Shown one piece after another: positions 10,820 to 20,264 of a stretch of DNA of 32,192 bases. The notes under the pieces are model-generated. The model was given only the letters and a program-made list of their open reading frames with translations. It did no database searches and was not told the origin of the DNA. This stretch comes from Atractiella rhizophila. Lineage: Eukaryota. Where the stretch lies: contig MU271687.1 in NCBI GenBank assembly GCA_021432655.1, positions 1-32,192 of the forward strand. The letters are read 5' to 3'. Both the position numbers and the translations under genes were made by a program. Each line of letters begins with the position of its first letter. The stretch's first letter is position 1.

Positions 10820-12757
10820 AAAGCATGGAGGATGGAAACAAGGAAGCAGACAAGGAAACATCTCAGCTCGAGGCTGAGGTTTGCGCTTGGACGCAGAAAA
10901 CGAGAATTATTCGATGCCCCACTGGGAGATGTCGACTCAGTATAGCACATACGTTGCCAACCAAACTTTCGAAAACAACGCGACTGAAGGCAGTAAGGAG
11001 ATACTCCACAGCTTCGAAGTCCTTTGAGTTCAAATCACGAAAACAGCGTCGTTCACGAGTGTACGACCAGCTCCTGTTAGGAACATTAAGAGAAAGCTTC
11101 AGAAGATTTGGAGGCGAGAGAGGTCCCTGAATTTGGCTGAGCTGCTCTCGCCATGATCCCCCGTGATTTTTAAATGGGAGCGTGAGCTAGGGAGGCATCA
11201 TGAGGGAGAAACAAGGACGAACGGCAATTGGGTTTCTCAATGCATCTGGCAATCTTTTGGAGAAGACAAAAGTAAAGCTTCATTTGTCGAACAGGGCCGC
11301 AAAAAAGTGGTTCAGAAGTTTGCTCCAGCCAGTAATGATTCAACGAGGACGGAAAGCTATTTTCAAGGTATTCCTGTAAATCTGCAACATGCTTTGGCAA
11401 CAGTCCTTAAAATGGAGCGTCTGAGGAGATCCAACTCTTGGCCTCCAGGGGGGTGCTCCTTCTGTTTCCAATTCTCGACCCGTCGCCTCAATCTCTTAAG
11501 GGACAGGGCTTGCCGCTCCGAATGCTGTCATGTGTTTTCTTGGGTCAATTTAAAGTGGATCATGCGGCCTGAACATCGTTGCTTTGCCAGAGTCTGAAGG
11601 TAGATGAAAGGGAGGAAGCAGAGCAAGAGAACTACTCCTACGATTTGCCAAATCAATTTGCACTTGTAACCGTCCACGCGATATTTATCGAACGTTGATC
11701 CTTGCATTTTGTTCCAAGACATCGAACGGTAGAATTGGTTGAGAAACACCGTGTCTCACTGAGGAGTCCCGATATTTTTGTGTTTCGTGCTTCCATCCGA
11801 GTCTTGATTAGCAGCTGCACGGTGCGGGAACAAGTGAATGAGTGGCTAACGATGACAGGAAGATCAGGCCATTCATGTCAACCGAGGAGATCGATGCGTT
11901 AGAACTACGGTTGACAATAAAAGCTTACGTCGTACGCATAAATCCTGGGGTTATGTGCTGTTACACACTCTGCAGTTGGGAGGCGCCATCCAAAGGAGCC
12001 AGGAGGCTTCATGTAATATTTCTTCTCAGAGCAGATCTCAATAAGAGGGAGATTGAAGAGTTGAAGAGTTGGTGTTCTGTGATACGCTGTCAGTAATGGA
12101 TTTGCGTGGAAGTTCCTCACAGGGACAAATGAATTAAGAGGAGGACCTGGTCACTTAATTGTAGCATAGAACCCTACGAGTCCCGTAATTTACCATCAAA
12201 TTCCAATCCCTTTGTGAGAGAAGATGAAATGGGGAAGGAGCACTCCTCTTTCGTGAGTGTTGAAGCGCCGTCGTAAAGGAGCGGGGCAGCTATAACGTAC
12301 TGGATTAATAATCAAATACTACTGACCCCCACCTAGCAAACTTGAATCAGCTAGGCCACAGCAAGGCGAAGTGCGTAGAATGATCGTAAAGGTGACCCAA
12401 GGCTGCAGAAAAATCTCACGGAGGCAAATGGCACACCATCTGGCTCAACTGGGCGTCTCTGGTGCGACCTCCCTCACGCTCACTCTGCTTTAAACCTTCG
12501 TACGTAGACAGAGGTTCTCAGTCTTCCTCTGTCGCTTTGTTGGCACACCTTGGGATCTCTCATCACGCTGAGTCGCATGCACTGTCGTAGACTGGGTCCA
12601 TCTTGTCTCTGACTGAGACGTATGATTCCTATGATAGCATGAAGCGGAGATTCCGTCGAGAACACTTGGAGTCATTCATTTTTATTATTTGAGCAACACT
12701 GCGTTGCATGACATTTTTCAGACTTTTATGGACACGAATGGCAAACACCCTCAAATT

Positions 12758-14485
12758 TCATATTAAGTTATTCATCATATTTGATCGAAATTTGATCCTC
12801 CATTCGTTTTCGTAACTAAAAAACCTCAATCCCTCAATGACGAATCTTGTCCCAAGTCTCTCTCTCAGGTTTTCATAGGCGGACCATTGCTCTTGGTTCA
12901 AGTTAATTCTTGGAACTCTGCCAGATCGATACATATGTTGAAACTCGAGCCTCTCCAACTGAGCTGTCCAAGTTGAACCAGAAAGGAACGTGATTAATGA
13001 TGCAAATCCTCCGTTTCCGTCGTAAACGAAAGAAGAGAAGGTCTCTGACCAACGTGGCACAAGACGAAGTCGAAAGTCGAGACGTTTGGCGGCACATGAA
13101 CCTTCGGTAAAAGGTAAGGAATCAAAGTCGCTACCTTCGATAAGTGAACGGGAGAAATCGCCTGAAAGGCGCATATCCTGGATGCCAGGAATTGTGTGAC
13201 CTGAGGTGAGGAGAAAGTCCAACGCTTCAAAGGAACTCTCTAGGAAAATTTCGAGCATTTGAGGTTGTGAGATCTGGAGGAAAGATTTGAGCTCCGTTAC
13301 AGAAACGAATGTGGTCAAATTCGTGTCAAGTCGCATGAGCTTGTGAGGATGCGAGACAGGATCGAAAACAGGTTTTATGAACTTGATCGACAGGTCTTCA
13401 GAATTATAACAGATGCTCAATCTTTGCAGATGCTGAAAGTTGCATAGGAACTCTTGAGCTTGTGCATCGTCTTCGTCCGACATTATTGGAACATCCCCTA
13501 GCTTCAATATCACCAAACGTGATGAGAGGCGCAGGTGTGGGAAGGAATCGACAAGGTTTCCTAAAAAGTCTGTGAAGAGTTTAAGCGTTTCCAAACGAGG
13601 TAGAATCGGAGCAACGAGTTGATGTTCCTTATCGTAGCGCACCAAAATGCCTCTGCAGTAACCATTCATATCTAACTCTCGGAGGGTATCCTTGACGAGG
13701 TGGAGGAGCCGGAAAAATGCGGGCCAAAAACGAGGATATCTTTCGGTGTCAAACCTAACGGACCGGAAGGCTGTAAGAGACGTGAGAGTTCTTGCTGACG
13801 CTGAAAAGAAAGCTGTCTCGGAGGGACGAATGGCGCTGATGACGAGGTTGTTGAGTGCAAAAGTAGCCGGGGAGGACTGCGATGCATGAACATCACGCAA
13901 TTCAAGGTGTTTCAAAGCTTTGCATTCTTCCAACCCAGTAAACCAATCTTGAAGGACTGGGTTGGTCATACCCATGCTTGATCGAATCCAGAGTATCCTG
14001 AGATTCGGAGGTAATAGTAGACGAGCCTCAGCCGACGGACATTTCCTGGGACCCTCCATCTCCCACAGCAGGATATCCATTGTTTCCAGTTGACCGCCCA
14101 GAGAGTTCAGAACTTCGCCCAAAACATCCCACAGACCCATCCAATTTACTTCCCTCGCGAGTTCTTGCGATTCTCCGGGAAAGTTAACGAACAAATGCCT
14201 GACATGAGAACAACGCGTTCTTGACTGACGCGTGAATAAAAGAATCCCCTCCATATTCTTCACAGAAAGCCTGAGTAACCAGTCAACAAAGGGGAGAGAG
14301 AGGCTGCTCCATTGTTTGCAGACTAGCGAGCAAGGTTGGATGTGGGCATTTGAACGCGTGGTAACCCAGATGGATGGCGTATCGTCATCCCCTGTATAGA
14401 GTCGCGGTTCGTCAATCCAATGATCAACAAGAATTCCGAAGATTTGGAGCAGCAATTCAACAGGAAGTGATTGAATGGTCGCCAT
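12758..14485 (-). CDS. Intronless F-box/LRR-like protein (about 575 aa)
   Basis: Long ORF with ATG at 14485: MATIQSLPVELLLQIF...CSLVCKQW (F-box-like), then LRR-like repeats NLRILWI, ALKHLEL, TLRELDM, RLETLKL, HLQRLSI, QLERLEF. Confidence 0.85.
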   Translation of the reverse strand: MATIQSLPVELLLQIFGILVDHWIDEPRLYTGDDDTPSIWVTTRSNAHIQPCSLVCKQWSSLSLPFVDWLLRLSVKNMEGILLFTRQSRTRCSHVRHLFVNFPGESQELAREVNWMGLWDVLGEVLNSLGGQLETMDILLWEMEGPRKCPSAEARLLLPPNLRILWIRSSMGMTNPVLQDWFTGLEECKALKHLELRDVHASQSSPATFALNNLVISAIRPSETAFFSASARTLTSLTAFRSVRFDTERYPRFWPAFFRLLHLVKDTLRELDMNGYCRGILVRYDKEHQLVAPILPRLETLKLFTDFLGNLVDSFPHLRLSSRLVILKLGDVPIMSDEDDAQAQEFLCNFQHLQRLSICYNSEDLSIKFIKPVFDPVSHPHKLMRLDTNLTTFVSVTELKSFLQISQPQMLEIFLESSFEALDFLLTSGHTIPGIQDMRLSGDFSRSLIEGSDFDSLPFTEGSCAAKRLDFRLRLVPRWSETFSSFVYDGNGGFASLITFLSGSTWTAQLERLEFQHMYRSGRVPRINLNQEQWSAYENLRERLGTRFVIEGLRFFSYENEWRIKFRSNMMNNLI

Positions 14486-14884
14486 CAGAGGTGTTGTCAA
14501 CGAGTCTGAAGTGGAAGAGAGTACCATTAGTTCCGCACAAAGTACGAGCAAAGAAAACACTAGTACTGGATGAGGGATGTTTCTAACCGGCTCAAAGCTT
14601 CTAATGTTGAGTTGTTCTTGTGATCGTGACGTGAAATCGTTGGATTCGTGGTTGTTTACTCAACATTCGAAATATAGGGTTTCCTGCGATGTTTTGCAAC
14701 CGCAACATGCATTTCAGCGTAAATTTACTGGCCATGTTATTTTTGCGAGAAAGACGAAAGGAATCCGAGATGAAAGCGGTACTGTGTTTGCAGGGGTGGG
14801 GATGCCGGTTCTGTGCGTTATTCTGATTTTGGGAATTTGGGAAAGCAAGGCCTTCCTGAATGTGCTACGACATTGCTGTGTTAT

Positions 14885-15324
14885 TTACATCTTGAGGCTA
14901 TCAAAGCTCGAAATAAATGGAACGAGGCTGGCGCCGCAAGATAAGGTGACGACAGGGAAAGGAGTTCCGTCAGCCCGCACGTGATCGGGGTCGCAGGACA
15001 AACGACGAAATTGAGTCAACGTTCGCGGTCTCGAGGAACGTCGCTTTTGGGCTCGCTGCGACTCTTTTCGCACTTTCTCTAACTTGCCGAAGTACTTGTG
15101 CCACAATACTTTTTCCTCAGTGCCAGAATCTGGAACTAGCGAGCTCAAACGGTTGCCCAATACTTTCCAAATCAGGAGTGCCTTCTTAACCCTGACATTT
15201 CGAGGCGTCAGCGTTTACAGGGTAGCTGGCACCGAAACTGAATGCGAGCGTTGTGGAAGGCGTGCTTGGGTTCGTCGTTATCCCAAAATTTGGGTTCACT
15301 TTTGTGAGCGAGATGTATTGTGAA
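14885..15324 (-). CDS. Candidate small spliced hypothetical gene or relic (start unresolved)
   Basis: Exon 15324-15239 joins the 14885-15160 ORF in frame across a 47-nt GTTTCG...GCTGAC...CAG intron (15238-15192), giving about 130 codons. No convincing upstream ATG exon. Confidence 0.3.
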
Positions 15325-15632
15325 CTAAAAAACGACGACATCTGGAGACCACAACATTAACCATTTCATCTTTCATCACGCCTTTTTGGCTGCATCATGT
15401 GCATCTTAGATTAAACTGTTGTTTGGACTTGAGAAGAGCATATAGTTATATGACTGAGTTAGGCTGGGACTCAAGAATGTGTAGCGTAGATGAGGGTTTG
15501 TTCTCAAGATTCTGATGCAAACCAAAGGAGCTGAGTAGGACTGGCACAGCGACGAAGAATACGTTCAATAGCTTTGCTTATTTGTGCCAGCTACAAATTC
15601 TGAGAAAGTCCTCTTTGTAATAAAGGCGATAT

Positions 15633-16459
15633 TTAGACGCCTCTCTTTTCCTTCAATGCTTTCCGGTCGTTTTCGAGGATACCCCTGCCTGTCCGCTTAG
15701 TAGAGACACGGGAGGAATGAACGCACATTTGAATTCTATCCACCCACTGTCCTTGCATCCAGAACTTGTCTCTTTGTCTCCCTTCAACGCTGAAACCACT
15801 GGTCAAGCATTAGTCAGATTCGCGCTGAATATGCCGAAGCTTACAGAGACTCATATAACTTGATCGCAGCTACGTTATAGCCCAACACGCCGCACTCAAT
15901 TCTGTGCAGATTGCAGGCTCGAAACCCTTGATCGACAAACCAGCCTACAGCTTCTTTCCCATATCCTTTGCTCTTATAGTCACAGTCATCGCAATCAGTA
16001 CTCTGCTACAGTCTTGCAAGCTTAGGATGTGTACCTGATGCCTATTTTTGTTGCGTTAGAACCTATTTCAAGGAAAAGGTCGTCAAGTAGCGTTTTCCAA
16101 GCACAATGCTGAACTCTGCAGTTCGATGAATACTGGGAGCGGCATCCGCGCTCAATACCATCCAACCCACCAATGAATTGCTATCTTTTAGGGAGATGGC
16201 GAGGTTGTAAAGGCTGTCCTTGACATCAAGGAGCTCCTCCCAGTCTTTGAACGTCAACGGCCGTCCTACATTATATTGTTTGTTTGAAAGGGCTGTAAAG
16301 ACATATAGATGGAAGACAGACTGCTTGACCTATTGCGCCAAGTAGCGTCCCGGGGTCAAAAACGAAAACATGCGGGAAGAGTCTGCCATATTCTTGGGGA
16401 TCAATGGTCTCGAAACGAAGATGTTCTGTCTCGAAGCGAAATTCAGTAAAAGTAGCCAT
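15633..16459 (-). CDS. GNAT acetyltransferase, RimJ/RimL (Acetyltransf_3) type, 6 exons; one donor is non-canonical
   Basis: FETEHLRF, LVGW, HRTAEFSIVLG, HQSKGYGKEA (acetyl-CoA motif A, built with a 7-nt microexon at 16041-16035), NLHRIECGVLGYNVAAIKLYESLGFSVEGRQR, GQWVD...MGILE. Stop TAA at 15635-15633. Confidence 0.88.
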
Positions 16460-16703
16460 TCTTGCTTCAGAGGCGAACATCATCACTCGTCACTCAAGCA
16501 ATTTGCCAACAAGGCAAAGAATAAGACGGCAGTATTGTTAGTCAGTCAAGTTGCCTTCTTGGCTGCAGAGGAGCTGTCCTGTCAACTCTCTACTTTCAGA
16601 TACAGACATATATTTGTATTTCTTCATGATAAGACATGTATAATCAGAGACAGGTCCGGCAACACAGGACACTTTATCAGCACATTCAATCAGAAACCTT
16701 CGC

Positions 16704-18470
16704 TCAAAAATCACCTCCAAAATCACCTCCAAAATCACCTGCATCACCTAGTGCCTCCCCTATTGTTTCTCATATCAAAACGTTGAACAGTAACAAAGGA
16801 ACGAAGACACCAACCGAGGAGCAGTCCACCAGCGAGCCCACCAAGAAGAGGAAGAGCGCTGCCACCACCACCGAAACCACCTCCACCATATCTTCTTCCA
16901 TACCCGCCATATCCGTAGCCATACCTGCTTCCGTTTGAGCATGACAAAAAAAAACAAAGGGAAAGACGAACGCTGGTCTTCCATAACCATAGGAGCTAAT
17001 TGGCGGTGCACCATAAGGCCCGTATGTGTAGCCACTGCCATAACCATAACCAGGTCTCTGGACAACGACCACCTGAGGCTGCTGAGCATAGGCCTTCCGT
17101 CTGGCCTCCAGTTGTTCCTGTCTTTGCCGCTGGTACTCCTTTTGTCGTTCGGCCATCCGCTTATAATACTCCCTCTCCTCTGCCTCCCTCCTCCTCTTCT
17201 TCTCTTCCCGTTCCTCCTTCGTCCCAATGATAGAGTCCTTGAACTTTCCAAATGCGGAATGGGACCGCTTGTGTCCCTTATCAGTGTCTGCCGACTCTGG
17301 AGCGAGGGTAGAGGGACTCAAGGAGGAGTGCCCCCAAGAGTTTGAGCGACCTCGTTGAGGTTGCTTCCCAGCAGCGGAGGAGACCGCATTCGCTTTCGAC
17401 TTGGACGTAGAAGCACGAGGAGGAGCGCTGGGATCAGGGATGGACATCAAGAACTCGGGATCTTCATATGGATGCACCCAGATTGCTGTTCACTATGAGA
17501 GGAGTATCATCAGACAGTTTATCCAAGAAGGGTCAATAGATGATTAATATTCAGCTGTCACAAAGGACACACTATAACCAACGTCTTCCAAAGCTAAACT
17601 TGAGCGTTAATTTGCTGCCAGATGGCAGTAGCGGGATGATACACTTCAGGGGATCATCTCTGTCTAGATATACGAAGCGACAGACGCCACATTTCAAGAA
17701 TCTGGTGTGGACAATGGATTCTTGTACACATGCGGAAATTGCAGAATGCACAGAGCACTGCTCGAAAGATAGGCCTGTTTTCTTGCAACTGGGAAAGGGA
17801 GAGAGAATGGGAAACACCGTTCTCGTATATCGACTTTTTAGATTCGATTTTCCTTTGAGCACAGAACCAAACCTAGTAAAGTGAGAAAGCGCTCCGCATT
17901 TCCGGAGTGGGATGTACAGACATGTGTCGAAGACGGGTGAGCAAGTCATATCATTCAAGCTGCATAAATGCAGAGACAATCTTGCATGCCAGGTCTCAAT
18001 TCGAATGATGACATCATGCCAACATCGGAAGAAACTAACGCCACAAAGCAAACCAAGATCTGTTTTACAATATCATATGTGCCTATTTTAAAAGTGTCAC
18101 ACCATTATGTTGGGCGATGGCAAAGCAAGAGTCCCGTCACAGCCTGGCAACAAAGGGAAACTCACCGAGCATCAGAAATCAGAACAGGATCGCATTCAGA
18201 TCAATGCCGTTCTCCTTCAGATTACCACTCACATCTAGGGGGGTCCGCAAGTGTATCGACATAGTAGGCCCTGCCATGCTCAGCACTATATTCCTTCTTC
18301 CACCCTGGAGGCAGCTCTTCGTCTAGTTTCCCGTAAGCTGGAGGTGGCTCATCAAGAGCTCTCGAAGTCGACCCCGACGCCTCAGTATCCGCGAATGGAT
18401 CTGGGCCATCACTTGACTTGTGATAGGGCTTCGCCTCTGGGAAGCTGATGGAGTCGTCCTTTGAGGTCAT
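16704..18470 (-). CDS. WW-domain protein with coiled-coil, Gly/Tyr-rich region and GDFG-repeat tail (Wwm1-like architecture), 4 exons
   Basis: PPPAY motif. WW domain LPPGWKKEY...YYVDT...PPR|SIWVHP is split by a 747-nt intron. Charged coil EEREEKKRRREAEE; YGYGYGGYG...LPLLGGLAGGLLLG; last exon EALGDAGDFGGDFGGDF, TGA at 16706-16704. Confidence 0.9.
17486..18232 (-). other. Unusually long (747 nt) first intron of the WW gene
   Basis: GTGAGT donor at 18232, CTGAT branch point and CAG acceptor ending at 17486. Splicing restores PPRSIWVHPYEDP. Confidence 0.88.
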
Positions 18471-18485
18471 CGTTGTGTTGTAACT

Positions 18486-18546
18486 TGTGACTCAGTCAAA
18501 CGTGTGGTTGTCACTCCGACCGGAGCTCTTTTAGGGTTCTAGGGTT
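18486..18546. promoter_or_regulatory. Compact bidirectional promoter (WW gene / RPS4) with Homol-D-like and telo-box-like motifs
   Basis: Only 148 bp between the two ATGs. TGTGACTCAGTCAAA at 18486-18500 and TTAGGGTTCTAGGGTT at 18531-18546. Confidence 0.5.
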
Positions 18547-18618
18547 GTGGCTTTTGATTTTCGCTCGCCTGGTTTGGACAAGTAAGTGCAAAAGTTTCTC
18601 TTTCACGATCTTTGAAAA

Positions 18619-19738
18619 ATGGTATGCTTCTCCAGCTATCCCTTTGCTGGAACTGTTCTGATGTGGAGTTCTAGGGACGAGGACCAAAGAAGCACCTCAA
18701 AAGATTAGCAGCACCTTCGTCATGGATGCTCTCAAAGCTGGGCGGAGGTGTAGGAGGAGCCGTCTACGCGAGCAGGTTCGGGATTCTTTCGATAATGGAT
18801 GGCTGAGAAACTAAACCCTTTCCCGTTAAGGCCCTCACCAGGTCCCCACAAGCTTAGGGAGTCACTGCCTCTCTCCGTAAGTCTCTTTTCTCATGTTTTG
18901 ATGTGGTGTGGAGGGAATCAGTGGATTGATTTCGCACCGCGTCGATGCTACAGGTCATGTTGAAGAACAGGCTTAAATATGCCCTAACCGGAAGAGAGGT
19001 TACCCTGATCGTTGCTCAGAGGCTCGTACAAGTCGACGGAAAGGTCAGGACGGACAACACCTATCCTCTCGGATTCATGGGTGCGTCATGCCTTCCATGC
19101 TATTGACGACTGCTGTGCTAAAACCGAGACAATGTGTTTCAGACGTTGTCTCTCTCCCCAAGTCCTCTGAACACTTCCGCATTCTCTACGACACCAAGGG
19201 TCGCTTCACCCTCCACCGCATCTCAGCAGAAGAAGCCACCTACAAGCTTCTTAAGGTCCGAAAAGTGCAACTCGGCTCTCGTGGGGTTCCTTTCATCGTC
19301 ACGCACGATGGACGCACGATCAGGTACCCTGATCCTGCTATCAAGGTCAACGATTCTATCATCTACAACATCGAAGAGGGGAAGATCAAGGGTCTTCTGA
19401 AGTTCGAGGTGGGAAATCTGGTCATGTGTACCGGAGGAAGGAACATGGGGAGGGCTGGTGTGATTGTTAGCAAGGAGAGGCATATTGGAGGTGCGTCACG
19501 CCTAGCTATTGCAAAGTTCACCGTTGTGTTAATGTTCGCATGTATTTTCAAAGGATTCGACATTATCCATATGCGCGATTCTCTCGACCACGACTTCGCC
19601 ACACGAGTGAACAACGTCTTCGTTATCGGGGAGGGTACCAAGCCTACAGTCTCCCTTCCGAAGGGCAAGGGTGTGAAGTTGAGCATTACGGAGGAGAGGG
19701 ACGCAAGGAGGAAGCTGAAGGAGAGGGAGGGGCGATGA
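18619..19738 (+). CDS. RPS4: 40S ribosomal protein S4 (eS4), 6 exons
   Basis: ATG, intron 18622-18674, then [105 protein letters not shown]. Confidence 0.98.
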
Positions 19739-20264
19739 GCGCTGTGTTTGAGCGAGTTCACGAGTGTTCGTATTCTTTTCTATAAGAAAAATTTCATGCT
19801 ATGCCATCCATGATTTCGTTGTACAACGACAGGGGAGACACCAATCCCAAGCAGCGCAGTCCGGTTTAATCTAATCCCTGCAGTTATGTCATCAGTCAGT
19901 GATCAGGGGCTAAATGCAAGTGGATTTCTTTTCTTCTCCTACCAATTGCCACGATCAACTAGCAGCAATCTGCTTGACAATCTATATTGAGACCGGGCTT
20001 GCAACATTGCGAGGCTGCACGTTGAATGTACTAGATCAAGGAAGTTAAGGAAAGCGGCCATCAGCAACTTGAAGTTCCCCATTTGTCTGATTGTCTCAAA
20101 TCAACGAACAAGCAAAAGTATCACGACTACAACGATTCCACAATCAATTTAACAGTCAGCTCCTGACATCCTTTTTCCATCTCCTTTTATTGATTCTTGG
20201 TATTTATTAATTGCTTTCAGTGTAACCTTTGAAATGTGTTAACCTCGATGAAGAGTTTTACAAG

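Noticed and set aside
11100..12096. Run of short + strand ORFs resembling a decayed gene
   Set aside because: Could not be spliced into one frame and shows no recognisable motif; tBLASTn would be needed.
16707..16749. 12-bp tandem repeat AAAATCACCTCC, about 3 copies
   Set aside because: Explained as coding sequence: it encodes the GDFGGDFGGDF tail of the WW protein on the minus strand. Not CRISPR-like, no spacers.
18130..18150. AGGCTGTGACGG on the minus strand resembling the 5' end of fungal SRP RNA
   Set aside because: Mismatches in the UGUAAU core and no helix-8 motif found downstream.
18531..18546. TTAGGG-like repeats as interstitial telomere or telomerase RNA template
   Set aside because: Only two imperfect units; a promoter motif is the simpler explanation.
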